A DNA stretch of 64,000 nucleotides from Patescibacteria group bacterium (GTDB taxonomy: Bacteria > Patescibacteriota > WWE3 > UBA101185 > UBA10185), in assembly GCA_049322215.1 (NCBI GenBank), contig JBMORU010000001.1:755-64754 (forward strand). The letters are read 5' to 3'. Both the position numbers and the translations under genes were made by a program. Position 1 is the first letter of the stretch. Each line of letters opens with the position of its first letter. The notes beneath the pieces were generated by a model. The model was not told the origin of the DNA. It did not search any database and saw only the letters and a list, made by a program, of their open reading frames with translations. Shown piece after piece: positions 21,466 through 31,920 of this stretch.

Positions 21466-22572
21466 CTATTTTCGTCTGTTTTGATTTAACTCCGTGAAAA
21501 GTTTGTCGATTTGTAAAGCGGTATTTAACCAACTAAATGAGGCACTACGAGAATAACCCAACTCTATCAAGCTGTCCCTCAATAATGAGTTATTAAACAT
21601 CTCAGTATAAGCAACTTTTAACTCTTTCATACTTAAAGGGCTGACAAAGTAGGCAGCTTTACCTGCAATTTCTGGCATTGAGGATATGTTCGAAGTTATG
21701 ACAGGGGTGCCTATACTCATTGCTTCTAAAATTGGTAGCCCAAACCCTTCATAAGTAGATGCATAAGTAAGACATATAGACCCTGTAATTAAAGCCAACA
21801 ACTCAGCATCGCTAACAGAACCTAAGTATTTTATATTATCTCTATGAGGAGAAGAATTAATGTAATGCATTACTTCGTCAAAGCTGTTGCCTTTTCTTCC
21901 TACCAGAACGAATAAAGAATCTGTGGGTACAGTTTTATTCTTTAATACTTCCTCAAAAGCGATAAGCTGGTTAATTATATTTTTTCGAGTATTAAGCGTA
22001 CCAACATGCAACACATATTCAGAGTTTATATCATACTTATTTAATACATTACCTGTAATTTCTTCCCCTTGTTTTTTAAATAATGAGGTATTAACTCCCT
22101 CATAAATAACACTAATCGGAATATTTTTTGTATTTACCTTGCTTTTTAAATCGCTTTTAACACTTTCTGAAACTACAATTATATGGGAAGACAAACGACA
22201 AGCTGCTGTAGTCCAAAATAAACTCCCCGACATGTCGTGAACTAAGGTGACAAACTTTGTAGAAAGTCTACCTAACAATGGAGCTGTATGCCAAGGGCAA
22301 AACAAAACATCAGGAGAAAACCTAAGTAGCTCTAAAGCTAGCGATCCTTGTGTCCATGAACTGTGTTTTTTTGGAACAAATTTAAACTCAATATTCCCTT
22401 TTTTTCCAATAAGATCATTAATAAAATCGTCACTAAGTAAATTTTTGAAATATAAAATATACTTATTTTCAGTTGAAATATTGCTAAGCTCTTTAACTAA
22501 ATTGTAAAGATAATTTTCTGTACCGGTTCTATTAAATTCTGTTAATCTTGATGCATCTATACCTATACGCAT
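21466..22572 (-). CDS. Glycosyltransferase family 4 (GT-B)
   Basis: MRIGIDA...TGTENY, VGTLNTRKN, YEGFGLPILEAM..G.PVI.S...S.PE. Confidence 0.92.
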   Translation of the reverse strand: MRIGIDASRLTEFNRTGTENYLYNLVKELSNISTENKYILYFKNLLSDDFINDLIGKKGNIEFKFVPKKHSSWTQGSLALELLRFSPDVLFCPWHTAPLLGRLSTKFVTLVHDMSGSLFWTTAACRLSSHIIVVSESVKSDLKSKVNTKNIPISVIYEGVNTSLFKKQGEEITGNVLNKYDINSEYVLHVGTLNTRKNIINQLIAFEEVLKNKTVPTDSLFVLVGRKGNSFDEVMHYINSSPHRDNIKYLGSVSDAELLALITGSICLTYASTYEGFGLPILEAMSIGTPVITSNISSMPEIAGKAAYFVSPLSMKELKVAYTEMFNNSLLRDSLIELGYSRSASFSWLNTALQIDKLFTELNQNRRK

Positions 22573-22575
22573 ATT

Positions 22576-23580
22576 TTACTTTTTGATAACACTTTTACTG
22601 AAATAATCTAACTTTTCTACTGCTTGACTGACACCTTTAACTACGCAAAGTAATGGGTCATCTGCTAAATGCGCAGGAACCCCTATGTAATGAGTTATAT
22701 ACTTATCTAAATTCTTAAGTAAAGAAGTACCCCCGCTTAAAACAATACCTTTATCCATTATGTCAGAAGCCAACTCAGGGGGTGTACGTTCTAAAACACT
22801 CTTAATAGCGGCCGCTATCTGAGATAAAGGGGCTGCAAGTGCTTGAACTATTTCATTTGATGTAATATTAATAGTTTTTGGCAAACCACTTATAGAATCA
22901 CGCCCCTTAACATCTAAATGTAGTTCTTTTGATAAGGGAAAAGCTGCGCCTATATTTAATTTAACAAATTCGGCAGTATTTTCACCTATTAGTAGGCTGT
23001 ACTTTCTGCGAACATACTGCGAAATAGCATCGTCTAAAGCGTTACCACCAATACGAACACTCCCGGAAACTACCATACCATACAAAGAAACTACAGCAAT
23101 CTCAGTGGTACCACCACCAATATTTACTATCATGTTACCCACTGGTTCATTTATTGGCATTCCTGTACCTATAGCAGCTGCCAAAGGTTCTGGAATCAAA
23201 TAAGCATTTTTTGCACCTGCAGAATATGTTGCATCTAAAACAGCACGAGCTTCTACAGAGGTGGCACCTGCGGGGACAGAAACCATTACATCAGGCTTAA
23301 AAAAACGAGTTCGCCCTATTACTTTGTTAATAAAATAACGTAAAAGGGCTTCAGTTACTAAATAGTCAGCAATAACTCCATTTTTAAGAGGTTTTGTAGC
23401 AGTAATGCTTTCTGGAGTACGCCCTAACATTTCCCTAGCAGCTAAGCCTACTGCAACTACTTTTTCGTCATCTATTGTAACGGCAACTACGGTGGGTTCA
23501 CGTAACACAATACCTTTACCTGAAAGGTAAACCAGAGAGTTAGCAGTACCTAAATCTATAGCAATTTTCTTTGACACCAT
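22576..23580 (-). CDS. mreB: Rod shape-determining protein MreB
   Basis: IAIDLGTANS, EPTVVA, PLKNGVIAD, EPLAAAIG, GGGTTEIAV, TPPELASDI. Start at ATG 23580. Confidence 0.96.
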   Translation of the reverse strand: MVSKKIAIDLGTANSLVYLSGKGIVLREPTVVAVTIDDEKVVAVGLAAREMLGRTPESITATKPLKNGVIADYLVTEALLRYFINKVIGRTRFFKPDVMVSVPAGATSVEARAVLDATYSAGAKNAYLIPEPLAAAIGTGMPINEPVGNMIVNIGGGTTEIAVVSLYGMVVSGSVRIGGNALDDAISQYVRRKYSLLIGENTAEFVKLNIGAAFPLSKELHLDVKGRDSISGLPKTINITSNEIVQALAAPLSQIAAAIKSVLERTPPELASDIMDKGIVLSGGTSLLKNLDKYITHYIGVPAHLADDPLLCVVKGVSQAVEKLDYFSKSVIKK

Positions 23581-23615
23581 GCAGAAATTATACATTATGA
23601 TAGAATAAATTTGAT

Positions 23616-24767
23616 ATGAAACGCAGTTGGATTCAAACTATACTTACAATAGTAATTTTGCTCGGTATAACCACAGCTTTATACCTTTACACCGCAGGAT
23701 ATAGGGTAAATAGAGAGCAAGATTCTCCTATTGATATAAAAATTACCGGAATGATTGGTGCAAAATCTTTACCTGATGGGGCTAGCGTTTATGTAGATGG
23801 AAATCTAGTTACTGCAACAGACGACACAATAGCAGGACTAACACCAGGTGAATATAATTTAAGAATTGTGAAAAATGGTTTTGTTGAATGGGAAAAAACA
23901 GTTCAAGTTTTTCCAGAGTTAGTTACTGACATTACTGCTATTTTAGTGTCAAAGTCCCCACGGTTAGAACCTCTTACTAACACAGGAGCTACTTCACCAA
24001 CAATGTCACCTTCATTAACAAAACTAGCTTACTTCTCAGAGGATGAGACTTCTCCTGGAATTTGGGTAATACCTTTATCCACTGAAGGTTTAAGCCTTTT
24101 TAGGTCAAATCCGTACATTGTGTTACAAGACACACCATTCAGATTTTACTCAAGAGGAAAAAATATGACATGGTCCCCAGACGAAACAGAACTTTTAGTT
24201 GAAACCGACGGGGGTATTTTCTTTTTAGTAGATTTAACTACCAATACAGCACAAGCTTCAGCAGCACCTGATTTAATATTAGAAGAGTGGCAAAAAGAAA
24301 TTACAAAAAAAAGACAGGATTTTATAGAAGGTTTCGCAATACCTGAAGAATTAGCAAAAATTGCAATTTCCCCTGAAACTGTATGGGCACCCGATGAAAA
24401 GAAATTTTTATATAAAGTAGAAACAGATACCACAATTGAATATAAGGTATATAACATGGAAAAACCTATACCAATTGGCGAAAGAGTAGAAACCACAGTA
24501 CTTGTACTAAACAAAGACCAACCCCAACCCGAGTTAAATTGGTACTCTGATAGTTTTCACTTAGTGATGACAGAACTAGACCCTGAAAACACAACACGAG
24601 GAACAATTAGCCTAATAAGAATTGACGGAACAAACAAAACAGAAGTTTATAACAACACCCTATACAGTAATAATGTAGTAAGCTCCCCAAACGGAGACAA
24701 GCTAATAATTCTCACCTCTTTTAAATCTGGCGACCAAACAGACTTGTATACAGTAAGCATTCGCTAA
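23616..24767 (+). CDS. PEGA-domain membrane-anchored protein with TolB-like propeller
   Basis: TM-GYR, then S.PDGASVYVDG...GL.PG.Y.L.I.K.GF (PEGA) and repeated WSPD/WAPD motifs. Confidence 0.8.
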   Translation: MKRSWIQTILTIVILLGITTALYLYTAGYRVNREQDSPIDIKITGMIGAKSLPDGASVYVDGNLVTATDDTIAGLTPGEYNLRIVKNGFVEWEKTVQVFPELVTDITAILVSKSPRLEPLTNTGATSPTMSPSLTKLAYFSEDETSPGIWVIPLSTEGLSLFRSNPYIVLQDTPFRFYSRGKNMTWSPDETELLVETDGGIFFLVDLTTNTAQASAAPDLILEEWQKEITKKRQDFIEGFAIPEELAKIAISPETVWAPDEKKFLYKVETDTTIEYKVYNMEKPIPIGERVETTVLVLNKDQPQPELNWYSDSFHLVMTELDPENTTRGTISLIRIDGTNKTEVYNNTLYSNNVVSSPNGDKLIILTSFKSGDQTDLYTVSIR

Positions 24768-24816
24768 ACAAATTAATACAGCGATTAAAAATACATAAAA
24801 TAAAAGGAGTACAGAC

Positions 24817-25017
24817 ATGAAAACACCAACTGGTGTGACACGTAAAAGACCCAGAATGGTTGTAGGCACTACACAAGTACAAGTGGTTGAACCAAAAGAA
24901 GCGCAGATTTCTTGCAAAGGTTGTGGTGAAACCTACAAAACAAAAGAGCGAATTGAACAAATTTTTTGCAAGCACTGTGCTACCCGATTAAGCACAAGGT
25001 GGATTACGTACTTGTAA
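24817..25017 (+). CDS. Small zinc-ribbon protein (CxxC...CxxC)
   Basis: AAAGGAG SD upstream, CKGC/CKHC pairs, long hairpin at 25030-25070 downstream. Confidence 0.65.
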   Translation: MKTPTGVTRKRPRMVVGTTQVQVVEPKEAQISCKGCGETYKTKERIEQIFCKHCATRLSTRWITYL

Positions 25018-25067
25018 AAAAATTAAATTTAATAGGTAGATAGAAGTTTAAGGCCTCTGTCTATCTA

Positions 25068-25751
25068 TTATTCTTTTCCTTCAACTACTTCAAGTAAAGT
25101 GGCTGTAACAACAAGTCTATTTAAAGTTGTTCCTGGTGGATCACATGTTTGCAAAGTAAGAGTAGGTTCAATTACCGGGCGTGTCAAAGGATAGGTATTC
25201 CAACCTTTAAGAGTTTCCTTATTTACTACTTCATAAATATAGTCATCCCCTTCATAAAAAACATGAACTCTGTCGCCCAAATCCAACTTACGAAGCAAAT
25301 TAAACACTTTGGCATAATGACCCAATTCCCAAAAATTAATTGAAGAATGCGCAAACAAGTAAACGTTACCTGCATCTTCAGAAGGATATGGAGAAGTAAC
25401 TGCATGCGCTACACCCTCTTTAAGAGCTTCAAAGTAAGCCTCCTCATCTACAACTGAAACATCGGCTTTTACAGGAGCATTGACTCCAATTTTTTCTATA
25501 ACAACAGAAAAATCTTTATTTACAGGATCAATAGTGATTGGAGAAGTTGTTAAGAATCTGGCGAAGGGGCTATCTTCAACACCATTTGGATTATTTATTG
25601 AGATGTCTTGATTTTTTGTACTTTTCCAAAAGTACCACACTTCATCATAAATTATAGGCCCATATGCCAAAATAAGAAAAAACAAACCAAGAATAATAAG
25701 AATGTTTGGAACAATTTTGAAAAATTTGACTCTAAAAGTAGTTAAGCTCAT
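25068..25751 (-). CDS. Sortase
   Basis: N-terminal TM, GVAH, GNVYLFAHS, LTLQTCDPPG..NRLVV (His/Cys/Arg triad). Confidence 0.9.
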   Translation of the reverse strand: MSLTTFRVKFFKIVPNILIILGLFFLILAYGPIIYDEVWYFWKSTKNQDISINNPNGVEDSPFARFLTTSPITIDPVNKDFSVVIEKIGVNAPVKADVSVVDEEAYFEALKEGVAHAVTSPYPSEDAGNVYLFAHSSINFWELGHYAKVFNLLRKLDLGDRVHVFYEGDDYIYEVVNKETLKGWNTYPLTRPVIEPTLTLQTCDPPGTTLNRLVVTATLLEVVEGKE

Positions 25752-25815
25752 ATGTATAAATGATACTATGCCCACGCTAGACTGTGAAGAAAATCATGCT
25801 ATAAAAGTTTTTTAG

Positions 25816-25890
25816 TGGTACCCTTGGAGGGAATTGAACCCACATCTCACCCTTAGGAGGGGTGTGTTCTATCCGTTGAACTACAAGGGC
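25816..25890 (-). tRNA. tRNA-Arg(CCT)
   Basis: GCCCTTGTAGTTCAACGGATAGAAC...CACCC-CTCCTAA-GGGTG...GGTTCAATTCC...ACCA cloverleaf with encoded CCA. Confidence 0.95.
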
Positions 25891-25975
25891 TAAGGTCAAT
25901 ACATTATATAGTACTAAATGTAAAAAAGCATCGATAGTATACTAATTTGTTGTGATATACTTACAAAAGTTTTAT

Positions 25976-26065
25976 GGAGGAGTCGCATAGTGGTCTAGTG
26001 CGGCGGTCTTGAAAACCGCTATACCTGCAAGGGTATCGTGGGTTCGAATCCCACCTCCTCCGCCA
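25976..26065 (+). tRNA. tRNA-Ser(TGA)
   Basis: GGAGGAG...GCGGT-CTTGAAA-ACCGC, long variable arm, GGTTCGAATCC, CCA end. Confidence 0.96.
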
Positions 26066-26090
26066 GTTGCTTAAATAGCTTTTTCTCATG

Positions 26091-27017
26091 CTATCCATTT
26101 ACAGTTTCAAAATTTGGACTAGTTCCAGAAGCAGTGTTTAACTGAGAAAAATCTCGTTCAATACCTTCTTTTATAGCATTCCCAAACTCGGAATATATTT
26201 GTAATTCTTCCATAGCACCACGACCTGTCATTAGAATATGAGCGCTACGTAACCTTTCTATGTTAATAGGTTTGGTAGGATCACCTCCAAGTTCTTGCGA
26301 TAATTCTCCAACAAATTTTGAAAATGAAAATGTGCCGTCGAGCCCCATTGAACCGGGTCTCTGTTTCATAAGTTGTTGCAATTCCCTTCTGAATGTTAGC
26401 TTTGCTTCCTCTCTATTAATAAATTTTGATCTCGAGAGTTCTTGTACCTGTTTTAACTCTGCCTCATTAGGTACAAAAGGTATTTCATAAGGTTCTGGTT
26501 TTATTCCAAGCACTTCCCTTAATCTTTCTGTAACTGCTTTTTCTCTAGTAAATTCTGAGGAATAGTAATGGGATGCAGTTTGTGCAGTTTTACTAATATG
26601 CTGGTTTAACTTATATTTTAATGTATTTGCACATCCCAAAAAATCAGCGCGGGCCTCAGGTGTAAGTACTGCTTGCCCATCACTAATCATTTCAGGAGTA
26701 GTTTGTTGTGCATCAATCAATACCGGTAATCCCCCCTGCTCTACGGCTTGAGGATCAAATATACCAGCTTCCAATAAGCTAAGCTCTTTATCCAAACAAC
26801 AGGATTTTGAAAACATATTCATATATTCCGCTGAACCAGGGCGACCCTCATTAATTAGATGTTCTGCAATACTTTCTGTAAGTTCCGGAGTTTTTAAGGC
26901 ACTAAACCCCGCCAAAACCTCAGCATCTCTTTTAAAAACCTCAGTTCCAATTTTTATAGCACTTTCAGACTCAAGCAATGCTTTTCCTGCTTCACCTATA
27001 ATTGATTCTATTCCCAT
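26091..27017 (-). CDS. Hypothetical protein (308 aa)
   Basis: Long ORF with TATACT just upstream of the ATG. No family recognised. Confidence 0.7.
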   Translation of the reverse strand: MGIESIIGEAGKALLESESAIKIGTEVFKRDAEVLAGFSALKTPELTESIAEHLINEGRPGSAEYMNMFSKSCCLDKELSLLEAGIFDPQAVEQGGLPVLIDAQQTTPEMISDGQAVLTPEARADFLGCANTLKYKLNQHISKTAQTASHYYSSEFTREKAVTERLREVLGIKPEPYEIPFVPNEAELKQVQELSRSKFINREEAKLTFRRELQQLMKQRPGSMGLDGTFSFSKFVGELSQELGGDPTKPINIERLRSAHILMTGRGAMEELQIYSEFGNAIKEGIERDFSQLNTASGTSPNFETVNG

Positions 27018-27118
27018 ATTCTAAGTATACTAGATAACAATTTTTTTTAATAGCACTCGTATGCTATGGAAATAAATATTTTATAAGAACATCATGAGAT
27101 AGCTACAAATAACCATTT

Positions 27119-28189
27119 TTATTTATCTATTAAAATTTTATGAAGTTGTGTAACTAGAGAAACTACCATGGGAGCTGCTAACAAACTATTTGAATCTGCA
27201 CCTTCGTCATCTTTAAACATCAATGGGCGTTCTTTAATACATACTTTCTCACCTGCTTGCTCGTAATAAAACTCTGGTGTAAGTTCGTAAGGTTCTGCAT
27301 AACCTAAAGCGTCATTAACTGGCACCGCATTTCTTAACAATATTTTTGGTATATTTTGCAAAGTTCCAGCCATACTTATTAAATCACCGTCTGAAGTAAG
27401 TCTGTCCCTTATTGACTCTATACCGGCAGAGTCTCCTTCTTTTCCAACTAAACGGGCTTTTCCATAACCTTCGCAATTGGAATTGTCACATGCTAAATAA
27501 AATACGTTGTCTTCATTTGAATAAAACGCAAACTTTGTAGGTAATGTCCTGATATTTCTTGAAGTATTGCATAGTGGGCATATAACGCGACTTTTCATAC
27601 GCAATTCAATTAAAGATTCAGGGACATCTATCAAAATAAAAAAATCTGGATCATAACGGAAATTTATTAAATCTCTAAAGTAAAGTGAATAAGAAATTTG
27701 ATCAAGCTTTCTGGGCATACCATCAATAAACAATGCTTTCCGCCCTAGTTTTTCTATTTCTCTTTTTATTAACGTTAAAATAAGTTCTGTTGGAATTAAG
27801 GTTGATTGGTTTCTATTTAGCAATGCTGCTATTGCCTCATCAATAGAAATAAATCCTCTGTAGTTCTTTTTCATATAATTTCGTAAGTCATTCATTTCAG
27901 CAGGATTTTCAATTGCAGCATGTACATCGCGCACAATATCTCCAACTGAGATGTGTGCAAAGTGATCAGCACCTACAATTTCTTCAAACATTTTAGAGTA
28001 AGTACCCTTACCTGCACTTTTTTTTGCTAACATAAAACCTACAAAGGTGTTGTTTTCTAAATAGGTTTTAATATCTTCAATTTTAGTACCAAGTTTGGAA
28101 TGAAAGTATAAATGGCGATCGGCGGGATCACTTAAATTATATTCATTTCCATCAGATAAAGATTTTGTGTCAAATATTGGAAATTCCAC
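27119..28189 (-). CDS. Divergent adenylate kinase-like nucleoside monophosphate kinase
   Basis: Variant P-loop AKKSAGKGT, HISVGDIVR, FIDGMPR, Cys-rich LID (RVICPLC...CDNSNC). Next to ndk. Confidence 0.75.
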   Translation of the reverse strand: MEFPIFDTKSLSDGNEYNLSDPADRHLYFHSKLGTKIEDIKTYLENNTFVGFMLAKKSAGKGTYSKMFEEIVGADHFAHISVGDIVRDVHAAIENPAEMNDLRNYMKKNYRGFISIDEAIAALLNRNQSTLIPTELILTLIKREIEKLGRKALFIDGMPRKLDQISYSLYFRDLINFRYDPDFFILIDVPESLIELRMKSRVICPLCNTSRNIRTLPTKFAFYSNEDNVFYLACDNSNCEGYGKARLVGKEGDSAGIESIRDRLTSDGDLISMAGTLQNIPKILLRNAVPVNDALGYAEPYELTPEFYYEQAGEKVCIKERPLMFKDDEGADSNSLLAAPMVVSLVTQLHKILIDK

Positions 28190-28210
28190 CGTTATATTTT
28201 AATAAATAAT

Positions 28211-28792
28211 TCAATAAGAGTATAGGTCTTCGTGAGTTCTTCTGTATTTAAGAGTTTCCTCGTTCCCAAACCATAGTTTTATTTCTTCTTTGGCTTCAGC
28301 TACTTCACCTGACGCATGAATAAGATTATAAATGGTTCTTTTTCGTCGATTAGCTCCAATTGCAGAATCTAACGAGTAATCCCCTCTTATAGTTCCAGCG
28401 GCAGCTTTTGATGGCACAGTGTGACCCACTAAGCTTCTTACACGCTCTACTGCATTTAATCCTTCAAAAACTATAGCAAGCACAGGACCTGATGTAAGAA
28501 AATCTACATTCCATTGTTTAACAATACTACCCACCTCTATTGGATCCTCTGTACCCATATTTTCCATTAGGTCTATTCCGTATTTTTCGCAGTCATCAAT
28601 TGTTCTTTCTCCTACTTTTCTTTTCCAGTCATCAGAATCAGGATAATGCTTTTGAGCAAGTGCTTCATCTGCCTGCATTAGTTTAACTGCAACCATTTTC
28701 AAGCCAACTTTTTCAAAACGAGCTAGTATTTCACCAACAATGCCTCTTTGTACAGCATCGGGTTTCATTAAAACTAAGGATTGTTCAATCAT
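28211..28792 (-). CDS. ndk: Nucleoside-diphosphate kinase
   Basis: EQSLVLMKPDAVQRG..GEI..RFE, SGPV, GTIRGD, NLIHAS. Confidence 0.95.
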   Translation of the reverse strand: MIEQSLVLMKPDAVQRGIVGEILARFEKVGLKMVAVKLMQADEALAQKHYPDSDDWKRKVGERTIDDCEKYGIDLMENMGTEDPIEVGSIVKQWNVDFLTSGPVLAIVFEGLNAVERVRSLVGHTVPSKAAAGTIRGDYSLDSAIGANRRKRTIYNLIHASGEVAEAKEEIKLWFGNEETLKYRRTHEDLYSY

Positions 28793-28837
28793 AATAAGCA
28801 GGATAGCAAAAAGTATAAAAATAGACAACTGGCTTTG

Positions 28838-29902
28838 TTATAAAATAACTTGCTCAACTGCAAAAGAACCATCTTGATAAATTTTTAAAAGACTAAATCG
28901 GGGCGTTTGCAAATTACGAGCTTTAGTTATGGCACCATTTACATAATGCAATAGCTCTCTTTTTTGTGGATCTGTGGACTCACTATAAAAATGATGTTCT
29001 GCTGCAATTATGGCCTTAACATCCGAATCACGAATTAAAGAAAGTAACTCTTCACGCTGGGAAACTAATTCGTCGGTTACTTCATCTGACGTTACCCCCA
29101 TTACTCTAGTATTAGTAGGATGATACAAAGGCGTTGCTAGCAGTACAAAATCTGCAGACGAAACATCTCGTTCAAAGTTTTTCATAGAAACATTATCAAT
29201 AGGAGTGTAATTGGGACTATTATCTAAAAGAATAAAATTTGTATTCTCTATATTTACTTTATGATAATTTTTACCAAATACGTCAGTGAAATTCCTTTGA
29301 CCAACAGCTTCGTATAGATCACGATCGCCAGGAATAGAATAATAAGGTATAGAGCTTGCATCCATTAATTCCTTAGCAGCTACTAAATCGGAAATTTCAC
29401 CAAAAGAAGTATAATCTCCTATAAATAGCATTGCAGAAACATTTAATGTTTTAGCTTTAGAAATAGCTGCAGACAACTGTTGCCAATCATTTTCAGAATC
29501 TGACATTATGGCCACACTAACTGCTGGTTTTGTGTCATCAGCAGAAACCGTTCTATTAGTGCTAGAGCTGGCAGTATCTTCTGTGATTACGGAATTTGTG
29601 GTTGAAACTGGAGGCAAAAGCGAATCACGCTCGTTTGATTCTTTATTTAAACCTGTATCAGAAACTCTTTGTACAAACTTACCTGCAACTTCACCAACTT
29701 CATCCTCATCTAACCCAACTCTAGACAAGTAAGGACTAGAAAAGCTAGCAATTTTTTTAGGATCCAGGCTAGAGACTTCTTTAACAAAATAGGTTAGACC
29801 TAAAACTAGTGAGGACAATAAAACAATTGCGATCAAAGATCGCACTGTACGTCTAAAAAAATTTACACGCGGAGTGCGCTTGTTTTTTTTTCTTCTAAAC
29901 AC
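28838..29902 (-). CDS. Membrane-anchored calcineurin-like metallophosphoesterase
   Basis: TM, then MSDSE, FIGDYT, IPGDRD, AEHH (degenerate MPP motifs). Confidence 0.75.
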   Translation of the reverse strand: MFRRKKNKRTPRVNFFRRTVRSLIAIVLLSSLVLGLTYFVKEVSSLDPKKIASFSSPYLSRVGLDEDEVGEVAGKFVQRVSDTGLNKESNERDSLLPPVSTTNSVITEDTASSSTNRTVSADDTKPAVSVAIMSDSENDWQQLSAAISKAKTLNVSAMLFIGDYTSFGEISDLVAAKELMDASSIPYYSIPGDRDLYEAVGQRNFTDVFGKNYHKVNIENTNFILLDNSPNYTPIDNVSMKNFERDVSSADFVLLATPLYHPTNTRVMGVTSDEVTDELVSQREELLSLIRDSDVKAIIAAEHHFYSESTDPQKRELLHYVNGAITKARNLQTPRFSLLKIYQDGSFAVEQVIL

Positions 29903-29931
29903 AGGAATATTATAACATCACAGAATAATTC

Positions 29932-31872
29932 TTACATTGCGTTTGGAGCTTTTATTCCCAACAAAAACAACCCATTATGCAATACTTGTTTAACTGAAGA
30001 AGTTAACAAAAGCCTAAAATACTTAACATTATCATCTGTTTCTTTTAACACGGGTAACTCATTATAAAAAGTATTGTAACGCTGTGACAACTCGAATAAA
30101 TAATTGCATAGCAAGTTGGGTGCAAACTCATCTGCAGATCTAATAACTACTTCAGGAAATCTATAAATGTACGATAATATTTCCTTTTCGGACATATGCA
30201 AGTTTTGAGATGTAAATTTGTCTAAGTGATAGTCGAAAAGATTATTGTCCAAATCAAAATCTGATTTTTCCAAAAGTGAGAAACACCGAGCATGCGTATA
30301 TTGAATATAGGGTCCGGAGTAACCCTTTATACTAGTTGCGTTTTCTAAATCAAAAACTAAATCTTGATAAGTATTGTACTTTAACATTTCAAATTTTATA
30401 GCACCGTTTCTAACATCTTTCTTTGATTCAAAATCCCCATAGTTCAAAATTAGAGCATCATCGATAATATTTATAAAGTCATCTATTTTTATACCCCACC
30501 CTTTTCTACCGCTCATACCATACCTTGATTTCCCGTCTGAAGTATCGATACCTAATTGTGACGCAGTCAGTGCCGATAAATAAACAAAGCCATAATTAAT
30601 ATGTGTCATTTTAGATGCAGCAGATTCGTAACCCAGAAATTCTAGCGATTTGCGCACAGTATTTATTGCATATGATTGTCTCCCATCAATAACATTAAAG
30701 ACATACTCAACGCCCTTGAAAGATCTAGCAACATTAATAGGATTACTGTTAGAACTAGTAGAATAAAGTGCCTTTTCTTGGGTTGGAACATCAACTTTGT
30801 GGTAATAAAAATCTTTGTCTAGTAAACCGTATTTCCACATATGATAAGCTATGTCTTTGCCTGTATATGTAGGAACACCGTTAGCACGTACAATAATTTT
30901 GTCTTCTTCTATATCTTCATTACTAGTAGTTTTAGACACATCTGAAAGTTTGACTAACCAACAACCAGCAGATTTGCCTTCTTTAGCATAATAAACCCTC
31001 TCGTTACCTTTTAATATTTCAAATACATCTTCCCAAAACTGTAAATATAAAATATCACGCTCATGTATTAAAATATCATAATCAATGTCTAATTTTGAAA
31101 AAGTATGTAATTGGTCTAGCAATATGCGATCTGCCAAAGATGCTTGATTCTTTGCTATCTGATTATTTTGATCCTCAATCGAAACCATAATATTGGCTAA
31201 TTCCTCTTTTAAATTAGCATTGACTTCTAAATCTTTAGAAATTTTAGAATAAACATCCCAGGCATAATGGTCATATTTTTCATAATTTTCAGGACTTATG
31301 CTAGAAACATGCTTGGTGCCTAACAGTGATGTGGCCACCTGCAACCCAACGTCATTTACATAGTACTGCACTTCAACATCGTAATTTATGAATTCATATA
31401 CACGCTCGATGAATTGCCCTATGCAAGCATTTCGTAAGTGACCAATATGTGCAGCTTTATTTGGATTAACATTAGAATGCTCAAGTGCAATTCTATTCAT
31501 AGCACCCACTCTAGTTGAACCAAACGTAGCCCCTTCAACATTAATTGTATATAAAATATGCTGTAACCAGGCTTGAGATAACTTAAAGTTTATAAATCCA
31601 GGAGCTGCAAAACTAATAGATTCTAAAAGATCATAGTTGGTACCTTCGAAACTAAACTTCATACTTTTATCATTTAGTCCATATGTTAGCTTTTCAGCAA
31701 TTTTAAGAGGAGAATCTTTTAACAAAGGCGCTAATTTAAAACAAACGTTGGTAGAATAATCTCCCCATTCCCCATTTTCAGGATGTTCAATAAAAATATC
31801 AGGCAATTCTATATTAAATGAATTTTTAATAGAAGATTCGAGACTTTTCTTAAGCATAAATACTGGATCCAT
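29932..31872 (-). CDS. argS: Arginine--tRNA ligase
   Basis: GDYSTN, PGFINF, EHSNVNPNKAAHIGHLRNA (HIGH), MSGRKG, GPYIQYTHAR, LGIKAP. Confidence 0.96.
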   Translation of the reverse strand: MDPVFMLKKSLESSIKNSFNIELPDIFIEHPENGEWGDYSTNVCFKLAPLLKDSPLKIAEKLTYGLNDKSMKFSFEGTNYDLLESISFAAPGFINFKLSQAWLQHILYTINVEGATFGSTRVGAMNRIALEHSNVNPNKAAHIGHLRNACIGQFIERVYEFINYDVEVQYYVNDVGLQVATSLLGTKHVSSISPENYEKYDHYAWDVYSKISKDLEVNANLKEELANIMVSIEDQNNQIAKNQASLADRILLDQLHTFSKLDIDYDILIHERDILYLQFWEDVFEILKGNERVYYAKEGKSAGCWLVKLSDVSKTTSNEDIEEDKIIVRANGVPTYTGKDIAYHMWKYGLLDKDFYYHKVDVPTQEKALYSTSSNSNPINVARSFKGVEYVFNVIDGRQSYAINTVRKSLEFLGYESAASKMTHINYGFVYLSALTASQLGIDTSDGKSRYGMSGRKGWGIKIDDFINIIDDALILNYGDFESKKDVRNGAIKFEMLKYNTYQDLVFDLENATSIKGYSGPYIQYTHARCFSLLEKSDFDLDNNLFDYHLDKFTSQNLHMSEKEILSYIYRFPEVVIRSADEFAPNLLCNYLFELSQRYNTFYNELPVLKETDDNVKYFRLLLTSSVKQVLHNGLFLLGIKAPNAM

Positions 31873-31920
31873 GGGGTTATGTTAGGTTAATTGTTAAAAC
31901 AACGCAAGGATATTTGGTTT

